DNA of 61,591 bases, the filler included, from Choristocarpus tenellus KU-1152 (taxonomy: Eukaryota; Protista; Phaeophyceae), in assembly GCA_964200185.2 (NCBI GenBank). It is 9 parts of 9 records of this genome, joined end to end, with 100 filler letters (N's around TTAATTAATTAA, not from the genome) between each part and the next. Parts side by side here need not be neighbours in the genome. Positions count along the whole stretch, not along the records: positions 10,063 to 18,271 come from CAXNAD020004993.1; positions 18,372 to 24,531 come from CAXNAD020008801.1; positions 24,632 to 36,279 come from CAXNAD020002208.1; 6 more parts are not named here. One strand, given 5' to 3'. Shown one piece after another: positions 13,501 through 25,060 of the stretch (positions are counted from its first letter, which is position 1; every line of letters begins with the position of its first letter). The position numbers and the translations under genes were made by a program. The notes below the pieces were generated by a model. The model made no database searches and was not told the DNA's origin. It saw only the letters and a list, made by a program, of their open reading frames with translations.

Positions 13501-16500
13501 CCAAGGAACAACCAAATCGGAAACAAGAGACAGGTTATCGTGGGCACAGTGTGGAGGGAGGAGGGATCCCATTGCTCAGGGCGATACTTTCACCAATTTA
13601 TCCATATATTTTTTTAACTCCTACAACAAAACTCTTATCGCAGCTTCTTTCCAACCAAGCCCTAGCCCTCTTTGGCTCAACCTACGGTGTGTTGAGAATG
13701 GATACCCTAACCCTCACCCACTAGTCACATCAGAAAATGCCAACGACACCTTTAAAACAAAAACAAGGACTCATGCGCCTTCCTCTTATCAGTTTCGTCC
13801 GAACATGCATGTGTGTGTGGGTCATAGGGAGGGCGGTAAGTAGCCAGCTCTTTCTGGGCTGCGGATGACCCCTCTCCCCTCACCCCTGAGTTCCCATAAT
13901 GCTCCTTCGGCGGTGTAAATTTTTGAAATTAATCCCGGTTTCCTTTGCCTGATTCCCCTCAGGGAGGGCCCCGATCACTGTGCCAAAGGGGTGCTGAACC
14001 TGATGACGGAAGAACCAAGGATGTGTCGCACAGGTGAGTCAAAGTATCTTAGAGGGTAGAGCTGTGTCTATTTGGAGACCAAAACCCAACGTTGCAATTT
14101 TGATATAATTTTGGCTATCGTATTTGTTAGGAGAGGTCAATATCCTTGTCTGGACACTCCTTTTCATAACGTATACATTATACCTACTCAACATATTGGA
14201 GTAGGTAAAATGTCGTTAAAAACCCATTGGAAGCCAAGCCCCAGATGGACAAACTGGGCAAAATTCGTACCCTCTAAGATACTTCCACTCAGCACTTGCT
14301 TTATTAATGTCGGTCTCTATGGTGATATGTTTTTTTTTCCGTTTACAGTGCTTGTTGCCCACTGTCTATCGAGATTTCCTGACCTACGCTTCTAAAGCTG
14401 AGACGGACAGGGGGGTCCATGGAGAGGCAATATATCTATGATGATTATGATGCATGGGCAGGTCATGTACAGAAACGTTTGAGTCAAAGGATCTCTATTT
14501 ATTCCGTTTTTTTTGTCGTGAGGGGGTCTATAATATGTTGTGCCCCTGACACCCCATTTCCATGGTTGAAATGAAGGTAACCCCCTAAGAAAGGGAAAGG
14601 AGTCTGTGGATGCTATTAATATTCTTACTACTCTATTATTATTGCACTTAACATTATTATCATTACTAATACTAAGACTCAAAGTATCTCGGAGGGGGTG
14701 GCGGCTGTCTGTTTGGGGCCAATTTTTTCATCTTGCGATTTTTGGTGATTTGGTTGCATACATCGGATGGATAATGTAAGTGCACTTTTCCTGTTATGAG
14801 CAAAATGGACACCCTGGTGCAGACCCCCTTCCCCCCCCCAGATACTTTGGGTCAGTAATAAAGGTCGTCTCATGATCAACAGCACCTCCTTCTAGGATAT
14901 CTTGGCTCTTTGACATACGTACCTGGCAAGTGCTGTTTTCAAGAGGAAAGAAGAAGATTGCTTGATTCACTGTGGTCTTGTCTCACTAGTGGTGCTGCAT
15001 AGTGAAATTGAGAAAAACTCTACTTTGATAGAGGTGAGGGTTTGATGGTGTTTTTTTTGTGTCAGAATGGTAACAGAGTCAAAGTATCTTAGAGGGTAGA
15101 GTTGTCCATTTGGGGGTCAAAATCCAATTTTGCGATTTTGATATAATTTTGGCTATCGTGTTTGTCGGGAAGTGTCAATACCCTTGTTTCGGACACACCT
15201 TTTCATGACGTATACATCTTACCTACTCTGAAACATTTTGGAGTAGGAAAATGTCATGAAAATACGCCATGGGAAGTAAAGCACCAAATGGACAAACAGG
15301 GCAAAACTCGTACCCTCTAAGATACACTCAGTCACAGACAAAGAGGACAAAACAAACAGACAAACTCAAGATTGTAGGTCTGTTGAAGTGGTGCAGATTT
15401 CTCTTTCTAGATTACGTACTCTGATGTACTCTTATGTACTCTTATGTACTCTTATATACTCTTATGTACTCTTATGTACTCTTACGTACTCTTACGTGCT
15501 CTTACGTGCTTGTTCGGTCTTAGTTCTTGCGTGTAGTGCCCTACACTTCCAAAGAGTCCATTTGTGTGGGCTATTGTGCCGTACTAGAGAGATAAGGCGC
15601 GATGCATACCTTAGAGGTTGTGCTGTTGTCCAGGCAGGAGCCTTCCGCAAACTCCGCCACACCCCCCATGTCTGCAAGCTTAATGTGGCCATCTGCACAC
15701 AGTAACACATTGCAGGGCTGCACAGAGGAATGGCGGATAGTGGGATGGTATCCTTTGCTGTTCGACAAGACAAAGAACTTTGGGGGGGTGGGGGGAGCAG
15801 GATGGATGTGTGTGTGTGCGTCCTATTTCCTGATAGTACTACCTGAGGGAAGGACGAACATGGAAGGCTGTAATGAATCATTTTGACAAGTTTCTTCTCA
15901 AGTTAAGAGGGGTTAGGGTCGCTGGGCCTATTTATCCAGTTGAGAAGGGACGCGGAGTAGGAAAGGCGGAATCTTGGTCTCTTCTCTTTGCTTGCGATGA
16001 ATCCCGGTATCGACATGTCTCTAACCCCAACCCTCTCAATATTAAAAAAGAAAAAAGAAAAAAAATGAGTTTATCGCGGTTGAAGTTTTCACACTGACAC
16101 AACCTTCCTCCATTGTACCTATCGCCTGTTCGTACTGCATCCAATCAACTCCTTGCTTGCGATCGCCCTTGGCTTGGAAAACCCAAGGCACGAAATATTG
16201 AATCTTCAGCTCAGTTCTGTTTTCTTCTCCTTTGGTGCTCACACATTGCTTTGCCTCTTATATACGTAACATGTCGTGCAAATGCAAAATATATGTATTT
16301 TGTTAATAGACAAGTCAGGTAGCCAGGGCCTGACCCCCTGCAGGAAAGTGTCCACATATATAATGCATGAGCTCACTTCTCAGATGTCAAGATGTCAAGA
16401 GATACAGACCCTTTGTACTCTGGGACAAGGGTTAGGGTTAGGGTTAGCCAATCACCGATTCCCTCTAGAGCTTTACCGCTTGAGGTGCTGGCAGAGAGAC

Positions 16501-16714
16501 GACTCTCACCGGCTCCTCAGAACGCAAGGGGGCTATAGGGTTAGGGATAAGGGGGACGTCATAGTGGTTGTACGACTGCAAGCAAGGGCACCTTGAGATC
16601 ACGGTACATTAGACCCAGGTCGTGAAGATGGGCAAGGGCGAGGATGATCTCTGCGCTGTAGAACTGGACCCTAGCTTCGGTGAGTCGTCCTTCCTTGGTC
16701 TGGTTCAGTGCCTC
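10574..16714 (-). CDS. AGC-group Ser/Thr protein kinase (GRK-like), partial; exons 16592-16714, 15610-15717, 13884-13999, 13401-13467, 12835-12969, 11614-11736, 11057-11137, 10574-10666
   Basis: All exons are AG/GT-bounded and phase-compatible. The spliced protein reads [39 protein letters not shown]...SIMGTQGYMAPE...AVDYWSLGV...ERLGS...LKAHPFFEGIDW...PPFVP (subdomains VI-XI plus AGC tail). The N-lobe and stop codon were not found on this contig. Confidence 0.92.
14036..14290 (+). mobile_element. MITE family B (255 bp), intronic
   Basis: TIRs GAGTCAAAGTATCTTAGAGGGTA...TACCCTCTAAGATACTTCCACTC. Confidence 0.85.
14676..14853 (-). mobile_element. MITE family A (178 bp), intronic
   Basis: TIRs GACTCAAAGTATCT...AGATACTTTGGGTC with the conserved core. 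Confidence 0.85.
15076..15329 (+). mobile_element. MITE family B, intronic
   Basis: GAGTCAAAGTATCTTAGAGGGTAG...TACCCTCTAAGATACACTC; collinear with the copy at 14036. Confidence 0.85.
15415..15510. repeat. 10-bp minisatellite (GTACTCTTAY)n
   Basis: About 9 tandem units visible. Confidence 0.85.
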
Positions 16715-17174
16715 CTGCTCCTCACGACCAAGGGGTAGCAGACCACCCCCAGTGACGATGCGGTTGACAAGGATGCGGTTGACAAGGAGGAGGAGGAGGA
16801 GGAGGAGGAGGTGGACATGGAAGGCAGGCGTGTTTTTTTGTAGGTGTGCAGCGACTGACACAACATTTTCGAAATTTCGGGGGTTAGGGTAGGGGGTTTA
16901 CTAGGGTTGATGCGTATTCATTAAAAGTAACTGTCGCTTTTTTCTTCGCCGACTCTTTCTTCCCTCCCCGGGCACAACAACAGCAGAAACGCCTTCCATT
17001 TCCTGCTATTATTGTTATTATTATTTATTATTATTATTATTATTTATTTATTTATATATTTATTGTGCTTGGTTAGAAGAAAGAATAAGGACGAACAGTC
17101 AAATTCGAGGGGCTTGCTTGCACGCGATATGCCCCAAGGGGTACATGCTGTACACAATATGATCCAAATCGTTT

Positions 17175-17645
17175 GAGAGGGTAGGGTTAGGGTTAGGGTT
17201 AGGGTTAGGGGCCCAACGCATTTTAAGAGGGTAGGGTCGCTTCACACAATATGAGAGGGTTAGGGTTAGGGCTAGGGTTAGGGGCCCAGCACATTTTAAG
17301 GGTTAGGGTAGGGTAGGCTTCCGTTCGGGAGGATGGAGAAAAAAATGTTGCGATGCCGGTGCAGTTTTGGCTATTATCGTGTTTGTTAGCAGATGTCAAT
17401 ATCCTTGTTCCGGACACACCTTTTTCATTTTTTTCATGGTCGTTGGAATACGTTTTGGGTAACTAACCAACTGCGTTAAAAAAAAGAAAAAGAAAAGAAA
17501 AGAAAAGAGGGGCATAAAAAAATAAATCCGTGGGAAGCCAAGCCCCAAACGTATGGACGGACGGACGGACGGACGGACGGACAAGTAAGGGGGGGGAGGG
17601 GGAGGGGGGGGTATAAACTCCTACCCTCTTCAAGAAATGCTTTGT
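17175..17645 (+). mobile_element. Degenerate MITE family B carrying (TTAGGG)n and (GGAC)n expansions
   Basis: Family-B core (ttttggcta..atcgtgtttgttag..tgtcaatatccttgttccggacacacc; gaagccaagccccaaa; taccctct) preceded by duplicated AGAGGGTAGGGTTAGGG tracts. Confidence 0.6.
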
Positions 17646-17713
17646 AGTCTACGATGTTTGAAATCTTTTTCAGTGGCAAAGAGATGTTTCGGGTTGATTG
17701 AACGCGATGCCGG

Positions 17714-17962
17714 GGTTAGGGTTAGGGTTAGGGTTAGGGTTAGGGTTAAGGAGAAGAGAGAGGTTGCACTGATATCAAGATGCGAGTAGCGTTATCGCAA
17801 TCAATCAATCCATCCATCCATCCATCCATCCATCCATCCATCCATCAATTCATCCATCAATCAATCAATCCATCAACCAATCGACCAATCAACCAATCAA
17901 TCAATCCATCCATCAATCCATCAATCAACCAACCAACCAATCAATCAATCAATCAATCAATC
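17714..17962. repeat. (GGGTTA)n tract followed by an (ATCC/ATCA/ACCA)n compound microsatellite
   Basis: Read directly from the sequence. Confidence 0.9.
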
Positions 17963-17967
17963 GATTT

Positions 17968-18271
17968 GAGCGGAAAGTATCTTAGAGGGTAGGAATTTTG
18001 CCCTGTTTGTCCATTTGGGGCTTGACTCCCCCCATGGGTATTTTTATGTAATCTTCCTACTCCAAAGTATTTTCGGAGTAGATAAAAGGTATACCTTATG
18101 AAACGGTGTGTCAGGAAAAAGGATATCGACACTTCCTAACAAACACGATAATAGCCAAAATCACATCAAAATCGCAACATTGGATTTTGCGATTGAGCGG
18201 AAAGTGTCTTAGAGGGTAGGAATTTTGCCCTGTTTTTTTAATTATTATTTATTTGGGGCGTGGCTTCCGAC
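17968..18271 (-). mobile_element. MITE family B with a duplicated terminal segment at the contig end
   Basis: GAGCGGAAAGTATCTTAGAGGGTAGG at 17968, repeated with one mismatch at ~18195. Confidence 0.75.
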
Positions 18272-18989
18272 NNNNNNNNNNNNNNNNNNNNNNNNNNNNN
18301 NNNNNNNNNNNNNNNTTAATTAATTAANNNNNNNNNNNNNNNNNNNNNNNNNNNNNNNNNNNNNNNNNNNNCCCCACATACACACAGACTACAATACTAT
18401 GGATCTATTCCGTTCCTGATATGGAGTGTTTGACAAATAAGTGTAGTGTTTTTTTTTTTTGTGGTAACGTGACAATTGTGCTGTGGTCAAGGGTTGTCAT
18501 GGAGTGTTTCCCCGGAACAACACATCTCACGAATTATTGGAATGGTGCTCAAAACATCTTAGAGGTGGTAGGGAACAGTCCTTAATATACTTCCTATTTG
18601 AAAGTACTTCAAAGTGTAGAAGCATGGTGCTGGGCTTGTGGTTCAAACATTCAGGCCAACTGAAATTTTGAAGAGTTACGACAAGCAATACCTGGCTCTA
18701 AATGCTTCGCCTTAGGGACCGGACCGCCTTCAACATCCCACCCCAAGTGACTCAAAACTATTTTTGTAGGTTGTCATTGGTAGAGTACGTGGACTAGACA
18801 TGGTAGTTGCTCCAACCAATATGGAGATGGGCTCTATCCCATTTATTTTTTTATTGCATGATAACTGATGCCCAACACACAGTTCGGACAGTAGACAGGA
18901 CTGTGGGTATTGTTCATAGCAATTAGCAATTGAACTGCTGCATCATCAGCTAATATTTAAGGTTGAATTGCCCTGGCCACATGCGAGAG

Positions 18990-19230
18990 GAGTGAAAGTA
19001 TCTTAGAGGGTATGAGTTTTGCCCCATTTGTCCATTTGGGGCTTGGCTTCCCACTTTTTTTTATGACATTTTCCTACTCCAAAATGTTTCGGAGGAGGTA
19101 AAATGCATACGTGTCTGGAACAAGGATATTGACACTTGACAAAAATGATAGCCAAAATTACATCAAAATCGCAACATTGGATTTTGGCCCCCAATTGGAC
19201 GCGGCTCTACCCTCTAAGATACTTTGACTC
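18990..19230 (-). mobile_element. MITE family B (241 bp), 4-bp TSD AGAG
   Basis: GAGTGAAAGTATCTTAGAGGGTA...TACCCTCTAAGATACTTTGACTC flanked by AGAG at 18986-89 and 19231-34. Confidence 0.9.
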
Positions 19231-19314
19231 AGAGACTAGAAGATTCCCTTCCTCTTAAGGCATGGCAACAGGTGCCAGTTTACTAGGGATTGCAAGGTCA
19301 TAGCATGCAGTATT

Positions 19315-19572
19315 GAGCCAAAGTAAGCAAGAGTTACCCAGGGTTACATTATAAGGATGCTGACAAATATGTGCAAAATGTGACTTTTTTCAAATGCTAT
19401 TGGAAGTCTTCTGGACCCTCTCGAAAATTTTCAAACAATGGAGAGATGAACGGTCTAAAGTCAAACTTGGCACTTCATCCATAGAAATATGGTGAATTGC
19501 AAAAGATTGGAAAAACTGTCTAAAAATAATGCAAAATGACCAAAACTGGGTACCTCTCGTTTACATTGGCTC
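19315..19572 (+). mobile_element. MITE family C (258 bp)
   Basis: TIRs GAGCCAAAGTAAGCAAGAG...CTCTCGTTTACATTGGCTC; homologous to the copy at 21809. Confidence 0.75.
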
Positions 19573-19688
19573 GTTATTGTGGAACATGTGGTGGAAGATA
19601 TCATGAAACTGTAGGTAGTGCTTGGAAGGTGAAGGTTCAGCACTTCAGGAGTTACCAAAAGCCACACCCTTTGGCAAGAGAGTATTAA

Positions 19689-20085
19689 TGTTACAGCACG
19701 CTCCAAAGCTTACCTCCACGTGATATATAGCTCCAATCTACAGGCCTATAGATGGCACTGATCCCTGTACAGGGATCTTGAGATACTCCGACAGTAACAA
19801 GGTCCAACGAGGATGGTGAATATCAGGTCAGCAGATGAAGGTGTGCTTTCATTCAAATAAGTGTATGACATATGGATTAAAAGAAAGTGGCTGGTGGAAG
19901 TCACTGATAATCATCCATTTCGAGTTTACAGACATCTTATTACATCTGAAAACTATTCTTAAGTACCATATCTTACTCTCCAAATTATAGCAAATCGGAG
20001 TTTCCCCTTTTAGGGTTCGCCGCGCGCGTTTACTGCTCGCACTGGTTAGAGCTCGAGAAAATACTTGCTCTATTCGCCTGTAACA
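19689..20085 (-). mobile_element. Solo LTR (TGTTACA...TGTAACA family), shorter diverged copy
   Basis: On the minus strand it begins TGTTACAGGCGAATAG and ends GTGGAGGTAAG..GGAGCGTGCTGTAACA, like the copies at 30925 and 35458; flanks TTAA/TTCA. Confidence 0.7.
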
Positions 20086-21589
20086 TTCACGGAGGCTCTT
20101 TTCAGAGGTTTTTTCAAAGCAACCCAGGGGTTGGAGGTGGTAAGTTGTTTGATCTGTATACATTCAATACGCAGGAATCAGTCTTCGAGATTCCCTGGGA
20201 CAATAGTGAATTGATTATAGTAATAATAAAGGATCCAGGTAAGAACATTCCTTCCACGAGCATCTACATGTAATCGTTGGCAACAACTCCGACACCTTGA
20301 TCAAATCTTGTCTCCACACACCACGAAAGAGAAAGCACAACTATGTCATCCTTCAATTAAAATCAAAATAAAGATATCTTCTGTTCAATGCTGAAACCTT
20401 ACCATTCTTGTTAGACTTCTACAACATCTACAGTAGTATTTGTGAAAACGTCACAATCCGAATGTCATAGATAATGGAAGGGTTACCCTGGCAACTACGC
20501 AGTTTTTTTCACTTTCTCCAATGAGACATATGTGGTGCTCCCTAATTTTGTGCCCCCCCTCCCTCTCCTTTTTGTACGGTACGTCTATAGTAGTCATTTA
20601 CATACACTATCGTACTATCTTGCCAATTTCCATGATGACTATGATGACCAAGAATGGTACTATAACAGTAATTTGGTGATGTAGCATATCTTGAAACTCT
20701 TTAGTTCTAGTAGATCCAAATAAAGAGAAGGTGGAAGGGGTGTGGAGAGGTTTTTCCTCCAGCCCACTACCTCTTGGGTTACGGTCAGGGGAAATGACTA
20801 TCGAAGCTATAGTACCATATCCATGATGAGTCCCGTTGAACCTTGAAAAACCTAAGCCTAAATGGGGAGAATGCACCTTCCCTTTCAAGATCAGGATCTG
20901 TCAAGAAAATTTTATGTACAACTTTTTTTCTCATTTTGGAAGTCGAATAATGGTACAAAATTTGAAGGAAATAGTGATCTTTCAATACTTTGCTATAGTT
21001 TTTTCCAGTGTTCAAGAAGGTCCAAGAAAGTTTCATGTTCCCCACAGCATGTCTAAGCCAACCTTTTACACGTATAACTCTGAAGAAGACATTCTTCATG
21101 CCGCATCTTGTTCCTAATGCAAGTGATCTTCCTCCTGAGTAGGTCTTGGTCCTGATACATCACATACCACGGACACACACCCATGTATTCTACACCACAC
21201 TCTTCTCATTAACTTTAGTGCAAAGATCTTGTGTAGTAGCAGCAGTCTCCAGTACACTTGCTAGCAGTGATAAAGGTAAATTCTCAATCAAATTCAAATT
21301 AGGATCATAACGACGAAAAGGAATAATATCTATATAAGAAATAGCCATCATTTAGACAGGCATTGCCTCTCTCCTATTCCACGGCACACACACGCCAGCA
21401 CCCGCACCACTACGAAGGAGGTATGGGCGTGCGCGAGTCTTTGTGCAATAATCACTTCTTTTGATTTTATCATTTTTCCTTCAAAATTTAATTAGCCATT
21501 TGAGGGGGCACTTTATCAGAAAATGCCAATCATTCACAAAGTTCTCGACTTCCATCACCATGCATGCATGCACAAAAATGTGTTGTACA

Positions 21590-21766
21590 GGCTCGAAGTA
21601 TCTCGGGGGGGTGGCGGCTGTCTAATTTGGGGTCCATTTTTCCATGTCGCAATTTTTGGGTGAATTTGGTTGCATGCGTCGGATGGATAGTGTAAGTGCA
21701 CTTCTCCTGGTCAGGGCCCGAATGGACACCCTGGTGTAGACCCCCCCCCCCCAGATAATTTGAGGC
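21590..21766 (-). mobile_element. MITE family A
   Basis: GGCTCGAAGTATCT...AGATAATTTGAGGC; possible ACAG TSD. Confidence 0.85.
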
Positions 21767-21808
21767 ACAGCTCACAGGTTAAATTCAATGTTGAGCAGAG
21801 AGCAGAGT

Positions 21809-22070
21809 GAGTCAAAGTAAGCGAGAGGTACCCAGGTTGCACTATTAGGATGCTGACACTTATAATAGGCAGTTTTCGGCATTTTGTACAAATAATGCGT
21901 GAAAGGAATCTATATTCTGTTGAAATTAAAACAATGGTAATACCAGCACTCTCAAAACAATTTTAGTACATCTCATTTTATAGAAATATGGGTCAATTGT
22001 TAATAGATATTAAAAAGTGGCTTAAAATGTGAAAGGTCAAAACTTGACTACCTCTTGTTTACTTTGGGTC
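21809..22070 (+). mobile_element. MITE family C (262 bp)
   Basis: GAGTCAAAGTAAGCGAGAGGTA...TACCTCTTGTTTACTTTGGGTC. Confidence 0.8.
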
Positions 22071-22375
22071 AGTACAGTTTCGGAATACTAACAGTCAACA
22101 GCAGCCATGTGTAGTAGTGATGAATCAATTTATGTGATGATGAGTAGTTAGATGAAGTTTTTATTATATTTCAGTATTTTTCTGGGCTAGAGTGGCGTAG
22201 TTTGTATGTTTAGTTATTATTGTTGTGCCATTGTACTTGACATCAATATGATCTGGACTTGTTTGCATCATACTGAGTACCCCAGAATACATACTCATTC
22301 ATGTCCCATTGGTCAGCATGTGATGTGTGGACGCGTATGTATATACCTCTACAACATACATTAGAGTATGGTATT

Positions 22376-22525
22376 GAGTCAAAAGAAACCAAACTTTTCG
22401 ATAAAATTCGGGAAATATCTTTATGCTTTGAAAACCTTCGATCTCGACTGCTTCCTACTCCACACACGCATTTGCCAGTATTCTTAAAACGCAACTCTGA
22501 GTGTACATCTCATTTACTTTGACTC
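22376..22525. mobile_element. Short MITE with related termini
   Basis: GAGTCAAAAG...TTTACTTTGACTC inverted ends. Confidence 0.5.
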
Positions 22526-23641
22526 ACTTAATATGAGACACCCCCTGTGTGCAGTATACTGTTTTACTTCCAACAACTAAACAATCCCATTAGCAGTAGA
22601 GAAGTAGTGTAGCAATATTATACATTGTAGAAATATCATTCCCACTAACATCTTGCAGATGTTGTCGACAATGTATTCCCCTTGCCAGCATGCGTGCACA
22701 TTTCATTATATATATATGGTCTACACCTACCTCTGTCCGACTGTAAGATGTATAACCCTTGCGTCTGTATGTGGTTACGTTATGTACCTTTTGGTTCCCT
22801 AACAGTAGTAGTAGTAGTATGGATGTAGTTTATGTTTGAAAGAATAATAATTCACAGATATTGTCAACAAAAAGGAATATCCAAGAAGGAATGAAGAATG
22901 GAATTAAAAAAAAGAGATAGGACCTATGTCCTCAAACAAAAGGTCCATCTGTCAAGTCCATACAGACAACAAAATAACTATCACAAACAATTTATGGACA
23001 AGGTCCATCATCTTAATTATGACTTATTGGTTCAAGAAGGGGCACATATATATCCAAAATATATGCAGTTCAGGTATCCATGAAACATTTCTGGTCCAAC
23101 CTCCACACATCTATCTGTCTGTGTCACCTGTTAGAGTCTTCTTGAAGAACAACCCACTCATGAGATGTGATAAACACCTTCAGAGTTTGTCAGGAAGTAG
23201 AACTCGATAAATATTTTGGATGATTCGTTTTACTCCAGTACGTATGTCCGTATCTTCTTTATCTTGTAAGGAGTAGTTTTTAGTTTCCACACAAAAAAAC
23301 TTAGACCGCCAACAATGGAAAAACGATCAAGGTAGGGGAAATTTTCAGGAATGACTCGAAAGGGTTGGGAACATCGATGTACCAGTAAGCACCCACACCC
23401 CCAAGATATCATTGATCTTCCCGCAGTTTCCTGCTATCTGCAGTGCAGTGGTCACGTACAACAGACCATTCATTCACTTAGAGGGGACGTGCACCAATGT
23501 CGATTGATGCTACTATGATTGTTTGGTATTTGGACTGGGAATTCTTTCATTGACTGTGCAGAGAATGTACACAGCTCAAACTCAGGACACCATTTTTTGA
23601 CGAGGAATCGACAACTATAGCACAGAGCTATACGTGAATAC

Positions 23642-24367
23642 ATGGAGGACACCAGTCTACGTACACGCGATCATTGGGGGGTCTCGCAGGAAGAGGGTAC
23701 GACTACGGGGTTGAGTGGGTTGGAGAGAGACTCCTCAAGGGTCCTACTACGCTTTAGTTGGCACTCGATGAGATTTGACAACCAAGTCATTCAGAGAGAA
23801 TTCGACAGCCACCTTGTCAAGCTCAGAGCTAATGGTACCTATATCTTTGCATACCTAGCGCTTTTCCTCGGGACATTAAGTGTCATCCGAGGAATTCTTG
23901 ATGGGACGCATATAACAAGTATTGTTGGTGGATCCCTGGAACTGACTAGTGGAGCGCTCGTGCTGTTGGTGAGACTATGGCAAAACATTGTGGTCGGAGT
24001 CGGGCTCTATACCCTGTTGGTGTGCGTCAATGTGGCGTTGCTCTTAACCTACGTGATCGAAGTTGCAGCACATGATCTGAACGATTTAGTTGTTAGTATC
24101 TCGTTCGAGATGGTGGTGACAAATATGGTTGCCATGCTCGGAGCAGGGCTATTGCATATGCCTCCAGTTATGGTCATTTGCCTGGTGGGATTGCCGACGT
24201 CAGCAATGGTGTGGTACGCGCATATAAGCGGCCAGTCAGCTACACAGATGGTACTCGAGGTTATCGCCCTGTTTCTGCTGATGTCATCGGCTACCTTGTT
24301 CCTGCTCCACAGAAATTTCCAGTTGTTCATCAATTCTTGGAATGTGCAGAAGAAGAGCGCTGCAGAG
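23642..24367 (+). CDS. First exon of a multi-pass (~6 TM) membrane protein, similar to cyclase/PDE/sensor N-termini; partial
   Basis: Clean 250-codon ORF; SMRFDNQVIQREF precedes ~6 hydrophobic segments; donor GAG|GTTTGT near 24368; the contig ends before any catalytic domain. Confidence 0.7.
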
Positions 24368-24462
24368 GTTTGTTTCGTCTCGAAACTTGGTTAAAATATC
24401 TTCTTAATTGATTGTCCAGAAATTTTCTGGACTTGGATCAATCCATTCCAAGAGTGGCATCT

Positions 24463-24531
24463 GGCTGAAAGTATCTGGGAGGGGGTGGCGGCTGTCCATT
24501 TGGGGTCAATTTTTCATGTCGCGATTTTTGG
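24463..24531 (-). mobile_element. MITE family A, truncated by the contig end
   Basis: GGCTGAAAGTATCTGGGAGGGGGTGGCGGCTGTC. Confidence 0.8.
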
Positions 24532-24631
24532 NNNNNNNNNNNNNNNNNNNNNNNNNNNNNNNNNNNNNNNNNNNNTTAATTAATTAANNNNNNNNNNNNN
24601 NNNNNNNNNNNNNNNNNNNNNNNNNNNNNNN

Positions 24632-24806
24632 CCAAAGTATCTGGGAGGGGGGGAGGGTCTACACCAAGGTGTCCATTTGGGCCATAACCAGGGAAAGTGC
24701 ACTTACATTATCCATCCGACGCATGCAACCAAATCACCCAAAATTCGCGACATCAACAAATCATCCCAAAAGGACAGCCACCACCCCCTCCCAGATACTT
24801 CGAGCC
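24632..24806 (+). mobile_element. MITE family A at the contig start
   Basis: CAAAGTATCTGG...CCAGATACTTCGAGCC. Confidence 0.85.
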
Positions 24807-25060
24807 AATGTAAGCGCGATGCACCCGTTTTTATATTAGTACATGAAATACCCCCCATCACCAACAGTCCAACAACAACACAGTAGTAACCCCTTCCAAT
24901 ACTGTGAGTTTGAATTGACGTTTCACACATGTGTTTCACTATCGACCACATACCAGCAACCAACAAACCCGCTCCCACTCCCACGTTGTTCTGTCCTGAT
25001 CATATTACCTTATCCTCCACTCACCCAACGCGCACCCGACTAGGACAAATTCGACTTCAG

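Noticed and set aside
20100-21400. Possible Sola transposase or chromodomain remnant
   Set aside because: Too decayed for any motif to be assigned by eye.
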